A DNA stretch of 32,000 nucleotides from Moraxella nasicaprae (GCF_025643275.1 NZ_CP089977.1:2010001-2042000), one strand, 5' to 3'. Shown: positions 1 to 10,843, counted from the first letter of the stretch. Made by a program: numbers and translations. The notes: generated by a model from the letters alone, not told the origin.

Positions 1-1117
1 CACTAAGGACGATGGCGGCTGACACATAACCAATCATGCCCAGCCCCAGATGTGTGATGGTCAATCCGCCAATCATTGCCCCTGCACCGATACCAATATT
101 AAAAATGCCTGAAAAAATAGACATCGCCACATCGGTTTCACGGCTGGCGTGTGTCAATAGGCGAATTTGTAGAGCCAGACCAGCCCCTGTATTGGCAATG
201 CCCCAAATCAAGATGACCATCATCCAAGTTGATATTTGACCAGACAATAGAGCAAAGGACGATAAAGCGATAAAGATGGTGAATAGGGCTGTTTGAATGA
301 ATGTCAAGCCATGTTTGTCATAATACCGCCCAAACAACAGACTGCCAATCACGCCTGCCACGCCAAAAATCAGCAAAGTGCTGGTGGCAACTTGCCCGCC
401 AAGTTGAGCAAAGGTAATGACAAACGGCTCAATGTAGCTATAAGTGGTAAAATTGGCGGTAACAATCAAAACAATCAATAGATAAATCATCAAAATGGGC
501 TTGTTCTTGATGACGAATGGCAAGCTGGATAAATCACCTGTGTTCTTGGCGGGCAGTTTGGGTAAATAATACGCCAAAAGTCCAGCAACCAGTAGGCTGA
601 TGATACCAATGATACCAAAACTACTTCGCCAGCCCAGCCATTGCCCAAGCAGTCGTCCAATCGGCAATCCCAATACCATCGCCAATGCACCACCTGTGGA
701 CAAATAGCCTAAGGCTTTACTTTGCATGTCTTTTGGAGCAAGGCGTACTACCAAACTGGCAGTAATCGACCAAAAAATAGCATGTGCAATCGCAACCATC
801 GCTCGTGAGATGAGTAGCATCATAAAACTGCTTGCCAAATACGACACCAGATGACTGATGGCAAACAAGACAAACACAAAGAGTAGTAATTTTTTACGCT
901 CCATTTTGGCGGTGGCAAGCATCATGGGTAAAGAAAGCAGAGCCACAATCCAAGCATAGATGGTCATCATTACGCCTGTTTGACTGTTATTCATACCAAA
1001 ACTTGTGCCAATATCGCTCAATAGGGCAACGGGAATGAACTCTGTTGTATTAAAAATAAACGCTGACAAGGCTAAGATGATGACAGGAATAAGACCGTTA
1101 TTTTGTGTGTTCGTCAT
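1..1117 (-). CDS. sotB: MFS sugar-efflux transporter, SotB/YdeA-like; 3' end runs off the window start
   Basis: Missing from the ORF track because it has no stop inside the window. My minus-strand translation from the ATG at 1117-1115 reads MTNTQNNGLIPVIILALSAFIFNTTEFIPVALLSDIG...SRAMVAIAHAIFWSITASL...FSGIFNIGIGAGA and stays open to position 1. These blocks match E. coli SotB as I remember it. Confidence 0.8.
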   Translation of the reverse strand, partial: MTNTQNNGLIPVIILALSAFIFNTTEFIPVALLSDIGTSFGMNNSQTGVMMTIYAWIVALLSLPMMLATAKMERKKLLLFVFVLFAISHLVSYLASSFMMLLISRAMVAIAHAIFWSITASLVVRLAPKDMQSKALGYLSTGGALAMVLGLPIGRLLGQWLGWRSSFGIIGIISLLVAGLLAYYLPKLPAKNTGDLSSLPFVIKNKPILMIYLLIVLIVTANFTTYSYIEPFVITFAQLGGQVATSTLLIFGVAGVIGSLLFGRYYDKHGLTFIQTALFTIFIALSSFALLSGQISTWMMVILIWGIANTGAGLALQIRLLTHASRETDVAMSIFSGIFNIGIGAGAMIGGLTITHLGLGMIGYVSAAIVLS

Positions 1118-1181
1118 GATGGCTTGATGAAATGTTTGGTAGGGCTTGGTTTGATGGCGTGTGATTAACTGCCAATGTCAG

Positions 1182-1214
1182 ATAAAAATTCCCCCAAGTG
1201 AAACACTGGGGGAA
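1182..1214 (-). terminator. Rho-independent terminator downstream of ppa
   Basis: Hairpin ttcccccaagtg (1189-1200) / cactgggggaa (1204-1214) with a 3-nt loop and one bulge. On the minus strand it is followed by a TTTTT run (1184-1188). Confidence 0.65.
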
Positions 1215-1235
1215 ATGATGAACCAAAACAGCTGA

Positions 1236-1766
1236 TTATTTGTCATTCCAGCGTTGCTGGCTTTCTTTGATGACTTCTTTGGCGACATCAATACCAAAGA
1301 AACCTTCAACTTTGGTTGTGCCAGCTTTTTTCAAATCTTTGTAGTGGTTGAAATGAAATTCTAGTTGCTTGATGAACTGGGCTGGCAAATCTTCTAGGCT
1401 ATTGTAAGCATTACCATTGTTGCGGTCATCAGCTGGTACAACAATCACTTTGTCGTCCACTTCGCCATCGTCCACAAATTTCATCACGCCAATGACCTTA
1501 GCTTTTAGGAAAATGCCTGTGGTCAAAGGCTGGTCGGTAATGATGAGTGCGTCTAGCTCATCGCCATCTTCGTCCAAAGTTTGTGGGATAAAACCGTAGT
1601 TGCAAGGCTTGGCAAAAGCAATCGGCTCAACACGGTCAAGCTCAAAGCATGCCAATTCACGATTCCACTCAATCTTGTGGTTTGAGCCTGTTGGAATCTC
1701 AACCACGACATTGATGATACCGCTATCAACATCGCCTGCGTCTAGAATTTTGTTAAAGTCTGCCAT
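1236..1766 (-). CDS. ppa: Inorganic pyrophosphatase
   Basis: 176-aa ORF with family I PPase blocks: IEIPTGSNHKIEW, DEDGDELDALI, DDKVIVVP. Confidence 0.95.
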   Translation of the reverse strand: MADFNKILDAGDVDSGIINVVVEIPTGSNHKIEWNRELACFELDRVEPIAFAKPCNYGFIPQTLDEDGDELDALIITDQPLTTGIFLKAKVIGVMKFVDDGEVDDKVIVVPADDRNNGNAYNSLEDLPAQFIKQLEFHFNHYKDLKKAGTTKVEGFFGIDVAKEVIKESQQRWNDK

Positions 1767-1816
1767 AATGTACTCCGTTGGAAAATATCGCCATCACTAT
1801 GATGGAACAATAGTGG

Positions 1817-2557
1817 CTATTGTAGCGTATCTATTGGGCGTAGTGCAAGGCGTCCAGCACGGCGGTCAGCAATATTTTTGACAAATTGCTGCACAAAGTC
1901 TGCCATGTCTTGCTCGCTAAACAGACCAAAACTTGCCAATTTTGCCATTGGCATACCTGCATAGCCACAGGGATTGATGGCATTAAAAGCACTCAAATCA
2001 TTCACCAGATTGATGGCAATGCCATGATAACTAAATCCTTGCTTAATCTTAAAGCCCAAGCTGGCAATTTTGCCCAGCATATCGCCATCTTGATTGTAAA
2101 TGTACACACCAGGGGCATCACGACGAGCCTTGGCGGTCAGCGTTGGTGGTAGATAGCGTTGGACGACATCTTCGATGGCTTGTTCGGCATGACTGACCAA
2201 GTCTCGTACGCCCAGACCTAAGGCGTGCAAATCAAATAACCAATACACCACCAGCTGTCCACGCCCATGCCAAGTCACTTGACCGCCTCTGTCAGTCTGA
2301 ATGATGGGTGTGTCTGTGCGATACAAGATATGCTCAGGCTTGCCAGCTTGCCCTAAGGTATAGACATCTTGGTGTTCAACAATCCATAGCTCGTCAGGGT
2401 GTACGATGCCTTGTTTTTTATCGGCAATACGAGCCAGCGTGCTATCAAGCATGGCTTGATGAGTGTCTTGATAGGGAGCATCGTCAAGTAGGCGAATGGT
2501 TAGATGGTCATCGTTGTTAAACAAGCCAGCCAAACGACTGGGTGTAATGCTATTCAT
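1817..2557 (-). CDS. lipB: Octanoyltransferase (lipoyl(octanoyl) transferase)
   Basis: 246-aa ORF with the LipB signature TDRGGQVTWHGRGQLVVY and the catalytic-Cys region INPCGYAG. Confidence 0.9.
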   Translation of the reverse strand: MNSITPSRLAGLFNNDDHLTIRLLDDAPYQDTHQAMLDSTLARIADKKQGIVHPDELWIVEHQDVYTLGQAGKPEHILYRTDTPIIQTDRGGQVTWHGRGQLVVYWLFDLHALGLGVRDLVSHAEQAIEDVVQRYLPPTLTAKARRDAPGVYIYNQDGDMLGKIASLGFKIKQGFSYHGIAINLVNDLSAFNAINPCGYAGMPMAKLASFGLFSEQDMADFVQQFVKNIADRRAGRLALRPIDTLQ

Positions 2558-2844
2558 ATTATCTGATGGTATAAAAAATAAAACATTGCCCTATGATAGG
2601 GGCTTTGCTACAAAAAAGCAAGCCATCAACCATCGGTTGTTTTAATTGCTGCACAGGTAAGCTGTTGTCAAATCGGTTTACAAAATTCTTGATAAAATTT
2701 GGTAAATATCCTGCAAAGCTGGGTTGTTTTTGATATGATATGGGGTGTACTTTGCCAAAGGAATGGGATATTGGTGGCTTAGATACAAGCCATTGGCGTG
2801 CAAAGGAATGGTAAAAATTTTGCTAAGACAATGAAGGAATGCTT

Positions 2845-4092
2845 ATGCAAACCGCAGTTCAAACCAAGCCTGCGTTTAAACCCATCATCACTTCGCTGCT
2901 TGATAATGATTTGTACAAATTCACGATGCTACAAGCGATGTTGCATCAATTTCCACAGACGCACAGCGTATATCGTTTTCGTTGCCGCAATCATGACCAG
3001 ACCGCCTATCCACTTAGTGAGATTCAGGCGGATTTAGAAGAGCAGTTAGATGCGTTATGCCAACTTCGCTTTACCCAAGATGAGCTGGATTATCTGCGTG
3101 GACTTAGATTCATTAAGTCTGATTTTGTGGATTATTTGGAGTTATTTGCCCTAAAACGCCGCTTCATTACGGTGTCCATTGATGATGAGAATCGTCTGTC
3201 TATTGATATTGAAGGACCGATGATTCAGGCAATGTTTTTTGAAATTTTTGTGCTGTGTATTGTCAGCGAGTTGTATTATCGTCGTTTGGTGACCGATGAG
3301 ATTTTGGCACAAGGACAAGCCAGACTTGACCAAAAAATCAACCTGCTCAAAGAATGTCATGCACGCCAGCAACAGATGGGCATTGCAGGACAAGAGGATT
3401 TGGCATTTAGCGTGGCGGATTTTGGTACTCGCCGTAGATTTAGCAAAGAGTGGCATTATCATGTGGTCAAGACATTGGTCGAATCCTGCCCAAAAATCGT
3501 GCGTGGCACAAGCAATGTTTATCTTGCCAAAGAGCTTGGCATCACACCGATTGGGACGATGGCACATGAGTTTATGCAGGCATTTCAAGCCTTAGATGTG
3601 CGTTTGCGAGACAGTCAAAAGGCGGCATTAGAATGCTGGGTGCGTGAGTATCGTGGCGATTTGGGTATTGCCTTGACTGATGTGGTGGGCATGGACGCAT
3701 TTTTAAGGGATTTTGATTTGTATTTTGCCAAACTGTTCGATGGGCTTCGTCATGACAGTGGCGACCCATACGAATGGGGCGAAAAAGCAATCGCTCATTA
3801 TGAAAAACTCAAAATCGACCCACGCACCAAGATTTTGACTTTCAGCGATGGTTTGACTGTTCAAAAGGCGTGGGATTTACATCAGTATTTTTTGGGCAGA
3901 ATCAAGACAGGGTTTGGTATTGGTACGAATTTGACCAATGATTTGGGCATAACTCAGCTTAATATTGTCCTAAAATTGGTGGCGTGTAACGGTCAGCCTG
4001 TCGCCAAGATTTCCGACAGTCCTGGCAAAACAATGATTGATGATGATACTTATTTGGCATATCTAAAACAAGTATTTGAAATATCTGAATAA
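2845..4092 (+). CDS. pncB: Nicotinate phosphoribosyltransferase
   Basis: Collinear with E. coli PncB: [63 protein letters not shown]. The track ORF starts at 2839. I prefer the ATG at 2845 because the AAGGA at 2834-2838 abuts 2839 but lies 6 nt from 2845. Confidence 0.92.
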   Translation: MQTAVQTKPAFKPIITSLLDNDLYKFTMLQAMLHQFPQTHSVYRFRCRNHDQTAYPLSEIQADLEEQLDALCQLRFTQDELDYLRGLRFIKSDFVDYLELFALKRRFITVSIDDENRLSIDIEGPMIQAMFFEIFVLCIVSELYYRRLVTDEILAQGQARLDQKINLLKECHARQQQMGIAGQEDLAFSVADFGTRRRFSKEWHYHVVKTLVESCPKIVRGTSNVYLAKELGITPIGTMAHEFMQAFQALDVRLRDSQKAALECWVREYRGDLGIALTDVVGMDAFLRDFDLYFAKLFDGLRHDSGDPYEWGEKAIAHYEKLKIDPRTKILTFSDGLTVQKAWDLHQYFLGRIKTGFGIGTNLTNDLGITQLNIVLKLVACNGQPVAKISDSPGKTMIDDDTYLAYLKQVFEISE

Positions 4093-4114
4093 TAGCAATA
4101 TAAAAAAGAGCGAA

Positions 4115-5005
4115 ATGGCGATGCTTAATATTCTACAAAATCAATATCAACCCATCAAATCGCCAGCTATTAGCTTCATCGTGCCTGTGTATAATACGAT
4201 GGCGTATTTGGCTCAATGTTTGGACAGTATTGTCTGCCAAACGATAGACAAGGAAATCATCATCATTGATGATGGTTCAACCGATGATAGCTTGTCCATC
4301 ATATTGGATTATGCCAAGCGGTATCCTGACATTCGTGTGCTACATACCAAGAATGCAGGATTGTCTGCGGCACGCAATCAAGGCTTGCGACTGGCACGAG
4401 GTGATTATGTGTATTTTGTGGATTCTGATGATTATCTGGGTACAGATAGATTTGAGGAAATCTATCAGGTGGCAACACAGACCAATGCAGATGTCGTCAA
4501 AATGCAAAGAGAGTTGTTTTTGGACGATAATCCAAATTGTCGTGAGCTATGGCAACCAGTGTCAAAGACATTGGCAGAAAATGAAGCCATGCTGTATCAT
4601 GGCTATGGTTTTTTTGTTGCTTTGACACACAGTCGATGGGTGCCGTGTGTATGTTGGAGTATGTACAAAAAAGATTTTCTGTTAAAGCATGGACTGTATT
4701 TTATTGAAGGACTTAAAGCAGAGGATCAGATTTTCTATACGCAGCTCTTAACCGTAGATGAAAAGCTGCTGGTGCTTGAATTGCCTATTGTTGCATACCG
4801 ATACAGACATGGTAGGATAACAAGCATTTCCAATAACCAGCAAGACCTGCAATATGTTCATGATTTGTCGGAAAATATAAAATTGCTGAAAGCTTGGCAG
4901 CATCAGCACGATTTCCCCAAAGAGGTGCAGGCAGGCGTGGCGTATGTGATTGAGAATCTAGAATATGCCATACAGCATCGCACCCAGCCTGACACTACTA
5001 TCTGA
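4115..5005 (+). CDS. Family 2 glycosyltransferase (GT-A fold), possibly LOS/surface glycan
   Basis: N-terminal GT2 pattern ISFIVPVYN...LDSIVCQT...IIIIDDGSTDDS...NAGLSAARNQGL...YVYFVDSDD (DxD). The track ORF starts at 4076 and overlaps pncB. The ATG at 4115 follows an AAGAG Shine-Dalgarno and seems more likely. Confidence 0.8.
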   Translation: MAMLNILQNQYQPIKSPAISFIVPVYNTMAYLAQCLDSIVCQTIDKEIIIIDDGSTDDSLSIILDYAKRYPDIRVLHTKNAGLSAARNQGLRLARGDYVYFVDSDDYLGTDRFEEIYQVATQTNADVVKMQRELFLDDNPNCRELWQPVSKTLAENEAMLYHGYGFFVALTHSRWVPCVCWSMYKKDFLLKHGLYFIEGLKAEDQIFYTQLLTVDEKLLVLELPIVAYRYRHGRITSISNNQQDLQYVHDLSENIKLLKAWQHQHDFPKEVQAGVAYVIENLEYAIQHRTQPDTTI

Positions 5006-5039
5006 GTATTTTTTATGCCCATCCATTAGGCTAATGGGA

Positions 5040-5255
5040 TTATTCTATTGGTAATTGGCTGTTTTCAAAAGCACTGTTTAGGGCATTTTCCACCGCTTCA
5101 ATGCGAGATTGGCAGACACGATATGCCGCCAATGAGGCTTCAACAATATTCACCAAATTATCAATATCCAGTTGTTCTGATTGTTCCAACTGTTCGGCAT
5201 TGGTTTTAAGGATTTGGTAGGCTTCTTGAAAACTTTCGGGTGCTGTATGACTCAT
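5040..5255 (-). CDS. xseB: Exodeoxyribonuclease VII small subunit
   Basis: 71-aa helical ORF with the XseB-like pattern SFQEAYQILKTNAEQLEQSEQLDIDNLVNIVEASLAAYRVCQSRIEAVE. Confidence 0.8.
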   Translation of the reverse strand: MSHTAPESFQEAYQILKTNAEQLEQSEQLDIDNLVNIVEASLAAYRVCQSRIEAVENALNSAFENSQLPIE

Positions 5256-5531
5256 GGGTTTGACCGTTTATTCATCAATATCGCTAACATTCTAACGGAT
5301 TTTTGCAAATTTGTTAAGTAAAATATGGCGATGATATTGGGCGATGAGTGTTTTGACTTAGTAACTTGGCGGTCAGCTGTTTTTCATATTGACAATAGAC
5401 CCCATTCATTCGTAAAATTGTGTTGAAGAATGTTGCTGTTTTATTAAGCAATTTGTCAAGGCACAGCACAAGGTAATCATGCTGCTGGCGTGGGTGCTGT
5501 GTTTATTTTCTTTCATAACGAGTAATTGATT

Positions 5532-6974
5532 ATGACCAATAACACTCAACAAGAATCGGATTACACGCTTAGAACCGATTTTCAGCATAATGACAATCAT
5601 ACGCCACCATCGGGAACTGTGCGTAGCGATGCCATTAAAGGGGTTGTCATTACGATTTTGGCGGCGATTGTTTCCTATTTTTTGGCAACAATTTTACCAT
5701 TTGAGCCACTTGCTAATAAGGGTTTGGCTTTATTGACATTTGTGGGTATTTTATGGCTAACCGAAGCCATTCATGTAACTGCAACGGCAATTTTGGTGCC
5801 GATTTTGGGTATTTTCTTGGGCATTGAAGATTTTGATACCAAAAAAGCCCTGACCAGCTTTGCAGACCCAATCATCTATGTATTCTTTGGTGGTTTTGCT
5901 TTGGCGGCAACACTACATGTACAAAAGTTGGATAAAAAAATCGCCTATGGCATCATCAGTTTGGCAGGTGGTCATTTAGGTCGTGCAGTTTGGCTGATTT
6001 TTGCAGTCACGGCAGCGTTGTCGATGTGGATTAGTAATACAGCAACCGCAGCAATGATGTTGCCTTTGGCGGTGGGTTTGTTATCCCAAGTTGATGAAGC
6101 CAAAGACCGCAACACTTTCATCTTTGTATTATTGGGGATTGCATATTCAGCATCAATTGGTGGTTTGGGTACGATGATTGGTTCTCCGCCAAACGCCATT
6201 GCTGCCAAAGAGTTGGGCATTGGTTTTAGCGAATGGCTATCTTTTGGTTTGTCAATGATGCTGGTGATGATGCCATTCTTGCTTGGTACGATGTATTTGG
6301 TGTTGCGTCCTAATCTTAACCAAAAAGTGCAGATGAAAGAGCAAGAAACCATCGCTTGGACTACGCCACGCATTTTAACCATTGTGATTTTTGCAATCAC
6401 AGCACTGTGTTGGATTTTTGGTAAGCAATTAGGCGAAGCTTATGGCTTTAAAGCACCAGATACAGTGATTGCCTTGTTTGCTGCGGTGGCGGTATTGGGT
6501 CTAGGCTTGGTCAGCTGGAAGCAGGTTTCTGACAATACTGACTGGGGTGTATTGATGCTATTTGGTGGTGGTATCGCTTTATCAAACATCATGAAGGATT
6601 CTGGTGCATCAGCGGTACTGGGCGAGACCATTGCCACCACAATGGCATCAGCATCGCCACTGATGGTGATTTTAGTGATTGCTGCATTCATTATTTTCTT
6701 GACGGAATTTACCTCCAACACCGCATCAGCTGCATTGCTTGTACCATTGTTTGCACCAATTGGTGTCAGACTTGGTTTGCCACCAGAGGTGTTGGTGATG
6801 GTCATTGGCATTGGTGCATCTTGTGCCTTTATGATGCCTGTGGCAACACCTCCTAATGCCATTGTGATGGGTACAGGTCATGTCAAACAAAAAGACATGA
6901 TGAAAGTAGGCTTTTGGCTCAACATTGTTGCCATTGTCATTGTTACCATTTGGGCGTATTTCTTTTTAACCTAA
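5532..6974 (+). CDS. DASS/SLC13 family anion:sodium symporter (sulfate/di-tricarboxylate type)
   Basis: About 480 aa and polytopic, with two SNTATAAMMLP / SNTASAALLVP hairpin motifs and PPNAI repeats typical of the DASS family. The track start at 5526 is TTG. The first ATG is at 5532. Confidence 0.85.
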   Translation: MTNNTQQESDYTLRTDFQHNDNHTPPSGTVRSDAIKGVVITILAAIVSYFLATILPFEPLANKGLALLTFVGILWLTEAIHVTATAILVPILGIFLGIEDFDTKKALTSFADPIIYVFFGGFALAATLHVQKLDKKIAYGIISLAGGHLGRAVWLIFAVTAALSMWISNTATAAMMLPLAVGLLSQVDEAKDRNTFIFVLLGIAYSASIGGLGTMIGSPPNAIAAKELGIGFSEWLSFGLSMMLVMMPFLLGTMYLVLRPNLNQKVQMKEQETIAWTTPRILTIVIFAITALCWIFGKQLGEAYGFKAPDTVIALFAAVAVLGLGLVSWKQVSDNTDWGVLMLFGGGIALSNIMKDSGASAVLGETIATTMASASPLMVILVIAAFIIFLTEFTSNTASAALLVPLFAPIGVRLGLPPEVLVMVIGIGASCAFMMPVATPPNAIVMGTGHVKQKDMMKVGFWLNIVAIVIVTIWAYFFLT

Positions 6975-6987
6975 GTGAGCAAATCTG

Positions 6988-7024
6988 AAAAAAAATCCCC
7001 AAGCATTATCTTGGGGATTTTTTT
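6988..7024. terminator. Bidirectional rho-independent terminator between the convergent DASS permease and the LysR gene
   Basis: Arms aaaaaaaatccccaag (6988-7003) and cttggggattttttt (7010-7024) around the loop cattat. A-run and T-run flanks allow function on either strand. Confidence 0.8.
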
Positions 7025-7040
7025 GTGAGGGTGTTTGGAT

Positions 7041-7985
7041 TTATGGCTGGGCAAATTGAGCTTGGCAAAGTTTGATGAATTCATGCCCAAATTTGCGAAT
7101 TTCGCTATCATCTCTGATGGCAATCCAACTGGTAAAACGACCAAAGTGAGTGATGGGAATGGCAACCAAATCAGGATAATGACTTGGCTGATACGCCATT
7201 TGGGCGATAATGCCAATACCTAAGCCTGCTGATACATAGGTGCTAATCACATCGGAGTCTAGGGCGGCAAGCACAATCTCAGGGGTAAATCCTGCTTGGG
7301 CAAAGGTTTTATCAATTGCCCCACGACCTGTAAAGCCGCCATGATAGGTTACCAAAGGATAACTTGCTAATGTGGGCAAATCCACACCATCAACCACCCC
7401 TGCATATTGTGCCAGTTCATGATTTTTTGGGACGATGATGACATGAGACCAGTCATAATATCGATGACAACGCAAGACATCGTTATTCAGCAATGACTCG
7501 GTTGCAATCCCAATATCTGCCTGTCCACGAATGACCATCTGAGCGATGGTCTCTGGGTCAGCCTGTTGTAATACCAGATTGACCTTATCAAATTTTTGGC
7601 GAAATTCTTTGACGATTTGTGGTAAGACATAGCGAGCTTGGGTGTGGGTGGTGGCAACTGTCAGCACGCCTGCTTGGGCATTGTTAAAATCAAGACTAAG
7701 ATTTTCGATGGTGCGAATCTCAGCAAAAATCGCCTCAATGTGTGGCAACAAAGCCTTGCCGATGGGTGTTAGTCCTGTTAGGCGTTTGCCTTGACGAGTA
7801 AAGACATCTGCTTTAAGCTGATTTTCAAGAGCAGCAATCTGCTTAGATAGGCTAGATTGACTGGTATAAAGCAGCTCAGCAGCTTGGCTTAGATTATAGC
7901 CATTGACCACGGTGTGCCAGACGGTTTCTAGCTGTTTGAGTTGAATTTGTAGATGTCTTTGGTTGATGACGATGTCGATTGCCAT
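7041..7985 (-). CDS. cysB: LysR-family transcriptional regulator, CysB/Cbl subfamily
   Basis: 314 aa. The HTH region has the CysB-type LYTSQSSLSKQI, and the effector domain has VATTHTQARYVLPQIVKEF, GQADIGIATE and YPLVTYHGGFTGR, all collinear with E. coli CysB as I remember it. Confidence 0.8.
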   Translation of the reverse strand: MAIDIVINQRHLQIQLKQLETVWHTVVNGYNLSQAAELLYTSQSSLSKQIAALENQLKADVFTRQGKRLTGLTPIGKALLPHIEAIFAEIRTIENLSLDFNNAQAGVLTVATTHTQARYVLPQIVKEFRQKFDKVNLVLQQADPETIAQMVIRGQADIGIATESLLNNDVLRCHRYYDWSHVIIVPKNHELAQYAGVVDGVDLPTLASYPLVTYHGGFTGRGAIDKTFAQAGFTPEIVLAALDSDVISTYVSAGLGIGIIAQMAYQPSHYPDLVAIPITHFGRFTSWIAIRDDSEIRKFGHEFIKLCQAQFAQP

Positions 7986-8399
7986 GAAAATCCTTGTTAA
8001 AAACGATTATTTAAGAACATAATGAATTAAAAAATATGATTATTCGCATTGAGATGGTTTATGGTTACTATCTAAAACCAAATCCAATATCAGTTTTCAT
8101 ATTAGCTTAATATCTGGTGCATGTGCATCAAATTACTGCCCATCATACAAAATTTCCTCCAAAAAAGGTAGTCAAAATTAACAAAGTCTTTGTGCTGTAT
8201 GGTAAAACAAGCCATGATATTTATTGATGACGCATTTTTGGCTATTTGGCGGGATTATTGGTCGGCATGGCGTCATCAAGATGAAGTGTGTGACCAAAAT
8301 AAGAAAAATTTGTGAAATTTGACAAAAACCCTTTGCAAGCATGACCGTGTTGGTCTAATATGTATCCATTTGGTTAAATGATATTTTTTTGAGGGAAAT

Positions 8400-9941
8400 A
8401 TGTCAAATACTGGACAAGGCACGATGAGTGCTTGGCAAAATTTTGAGCGGGCTTATTTAAACCGCCAAGCATTGTCGCTACTGTTTTTGGGTTTTGCGGC
8501 TGGTGTGCCAATTTTGCTGGTTTTTTCAAGTTTGGGCTTATGGCTACGAGAGGCGGGTATTGATCGTGCGACAGTCACGATGTTTGGCTGGGCAACTTTG
8601 GCATATTCCTTCAAATTCATTTGGTCGCCACTGGTTGATGCCTTGCCATTACCAATACTTAAAAATTACTTAGGTCATCGCCGTTCATGGTTGTTTTTGA
8701 CACAGATTTTGGTGATTGTGGCATTGGTGCTGATGGCGATGTTTGACCCAGCGTCTGGCGAATCGGCATTGTATCTGATGGCTTTTTCGTGTGTCTTATT
8801 GGGCTTTTCGGCGGCATCACAAGACATTGTGATTGATGCTTATCGTATCGAATCTGCACCCGCCTCCATGCAGACGGCTTTATCAGCCAGTTATGTGGCA
8901 GGTTATCGCATTGGTATGATTGTTTCTGGTGCAGGTGCGTTGTACTTGGCGGATTTTTTTGGGTCAAGCATGGAGGTGTACAGCTATGCTGCTTGGCAAA
9001 AAACTTATTTGATTATGGCGGCAGTAATGCTCATCGCTGTCTTTACCACGCTTGGCATTAAAGAACCAGCCATCGACAGAAAGCCTATCGGCAACGACAC
9101 CAAAGACTACGCTCGCTTGGTGCTAGTGTTTGGATTATCGGTGGTGGCTTTTATCATCGGTTATAATCTGATTGGCGGTGCATTACCAGAGACTGATGGT
9201 GTTTTGACGGGCTTTTTGTTAGGTAGTGTGCAGTTTATTGGCAGTATTTTCTTGTTTGGCTTGACAAGCTGGTTGTCGGTCAATGCTGGTGTCGCCCCCA
9301 AGAGTGTCGTACAGCAGGCGTGGCTGACACCCGTCACAGAGTTTTTTGAGCGTTATGGTAAAAAAGCCATTTATGTCCTTGCTTTGATTGGTCTGTATCG
9401 TGTTTCTGATGTGGTGGCAGGCAATATTTCTAACATCTATTATCAAGAATTAGGATTTAGTAAAACCCAAATCGCCACAGCGGTCAAGATGGTCGGTGTA
9501 TGGGCAGGGATTGTTGGGGGATTTATTGGTGGTTATCTTGCCCAAGCAACCAACATCATGCGTGCGATGACGATTGGGGCGATTTTGGCGTGTCTGACTA
9601 ATCTGCTATTTGTTGCTTTGTTCTATTTGCCAAATGCACCGATGATGTACACCGCTGTGATTATTGATAATTTGGCGGCAGGTCTGGCAAGTGCAATATT
9701 TGTGGCGTTTTTATCAGCATTGACCTCCATTCGCTTTACGGCAGTGCAATATGCGTTATTTTCATCATTGATGACTTTGTTTCCAAAGGTGCTTGGTGGA
9801 TACTCAGGGGCGATTGTTGAGGCGACCAACTATTCATTTTTCTTTGGATTTACTTTTGCGATTGGTTTGCCTGTGTTGATTTTGATTTATCTGGTTAATA
9901 AGCACATTCAAATCGGTCAGCCTAAGATTGGCGATGAATAA
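8400..9941 (+). CDS. ampG: AmpG-family MFS muropeptide permease
   Basis: 513 aa and polytopic. The N-terminal block LLFLGFAAGVPILLVFSSLGLWLREAGIDRATV...FKFIWSPLVD...GHRRSWL is characteristic of AmpG. Confidence 0.85.
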   Translation: MSNTGQGTMSAWQNFERAYLNRQALSLLFLGFAAGVPILLVFSSLGLWLREAGIDRATVTMFGWATLAYSFKFIWSPLVDALPLPILKNYLGHRRSWLFLTQILVIVALVLMAMFDPASGESALYLMAFSCVLLGFSAASQDIVIDAYRIESAPASMQTALSASYVAGYRIGMIVSGAGALYLADFFGSSMEVYSYAAWQKTYLIMAAVMLIAVFTTLGIKEPAIDRKPIGNDTKDYARLVLVFGLSVVAFIIGYNLIGGALPETDGVLTGFLLGSVQFIGSIFLFGLTSWLSVNAGVAPKSVVQQAWLTPVTEFFERYGKKAIYVLALIGLYRVSDVVAGNISNIYYQELGFSKTQIATAVKMVGVWAGIVGGFIGGYLAQATNIMRAMTIGAILACLTNLLFVALFYLPNAPMMYTAVIIDNLAAGLASAIFVAFLSALTSIRFTAVQYALFSSLMTLFPKVLGGYSGAIVEATNYSFFFGFTFAIGLPVLILIYLVNKHIQIGQPKIGDE

Positions 9942-10785
9942 AATGATACAGTCAGGTCAGACGCTTGCACAGATTCGCCAAGTGTTTCGCACCATCAGTA
10001 GCCCACGATTGCCAATGCATTGGCTGGACGGCTGGCTGCTGGCGGTGATTGATAAGCCAAGCATCCATGTGATGACAGAGCCAAATGATGTCCCAACAGA
10101 CCAGCAGATTATCCGTATCAATGAGGGTGTTGAGCGTATGATGGCAGGCGAGCCGTTGGCATATCTGCTTGGCAAGTGTGAATTTTGGGGCAGGGAGTTT
10201 GTTGTTAATCGCCATACTTTGATTCCAAGACCAGACACCGAGCGACTGGTGGAGATGGTGATGGCGTTTGCCAAGCCGTTGCCAGCAGGCAGGTTGCTTG
10301 ACTTGGGAACGGGTAGTGGCTGTATTGGCATTACCTTAGCTTGTGAGCTTGCGGACTGGCAGGTGGTTTTGGTGGATAATTCCCCACAGGCATTAGAGGT
10401 TGCCAAGACCAATGCACAACAACATCATGCCAATACCCAATGCCAGCTTAGCCATTGGTACGATGCACTGACTGGCAATTTTGATGTCATTGTTTCTAAT
10501 CCGCCCTATATTCGAAGTGATGATGAACATCTGGCAGGGTTGCAACATGAGCCAATCACAGCTTTGGTGGCTGGTGATGATGGGTTGTCAGACATCAAAC
10601 AAATCATTGGTGGTGCAAAACATCATCTGAACGCAGGTGGATTGCTTGCCATTGAACATGGCTATCATCAAGGGGCATTGGTTTTTGAGTTATTTGTACA
10701 AGCAGGTTTTACTCAGGTGCAAACCATCAAAGACTACGGTGGTAACGACCGTTTGACGATGGGTATATTACCAACTGGTGCTTGA
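9928..10785 (+). CDS. prmC: Release-factor glutamine N5-methyltransferase (HemK/PrmC)
   Basis: 285 aa with the SAM motif LLDLGTGSGCIGI and the catalytic VSNPPYI (NPPY). Also PLAYLLGKCEFWGREF and RPDTE. The start overlaps the ampG end by 14 nt. Confidence 0.9.
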   Translation: MAMNKMIQSGQTLAQIRQVFRTISSPRLPMHWLDGWLLAVIDKPSIHVMTEPNDVPTDQQIIRINEGVERMMAGEPLAYLLGKCEFWGREFVVNRHTLIPRPDTERLVEMVMAFAKPLPAGRLLDLGTGSGCIGITLACELADWQVVLVDNSPQALEVAKTNAQQHHANTQCQLSHWYDALTGNFDVIVSNPPYIRSDDEHLAGLQHEPITALVAGDDGLSDIKQIIGGAKHHLNAGGLLAIEHGYHQGALVFELFVQAGFTQVQTIKDYGGNDRLTMGILPTGA

Positions 10786-10843
10786 ACTTGTCGGTCATTG
10801 TCCTTATTGTAGTCGTGTCCATGAATATAAACAAAGAGTTATT

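Noticed and set aside
36-693. Track ORFs 36..239 (+), 293..481 (+) and 490..693 (-)
   Set aside because: They lie within or antisense to the long SotB-like minus-strand reading frame, which has clear family similarity. The 490..693 ORF is in a different frame of the same strand. All have odd composition and no recognisable motifs.
2589-2601. 13-bp palindrome ccctatgataggg in the lipB-pncB divergent intergenic region
   Set aside because: It could be an operator (for example for NAD-salvage regulation). A single short palindrome with no known consensus that I can match is not enough support.
7990-8060. TTAAA-N8-TTTAA dyad upstream of the CysB-like gene as a LysR T-N11-A autoregulatory box
   Set aside because: The region is very AT-rich, so such dyads are expected by chance. 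It cannot be told apart from background without comparative data.
8224-8279. Perfect 10-bp inverted repeat ttgatgacgc ... gcgtcatcaa with a 36-nt spacer upstream of ampG, and a possible 33-codon ORF starting at 8212
   Set aside because: The arms are real in the sequence. However, the spacer is long for a terminator or operator, no T-run follows, and the small ORF has no Shine-Dalgarno. The evidence is too weak to call a feature.
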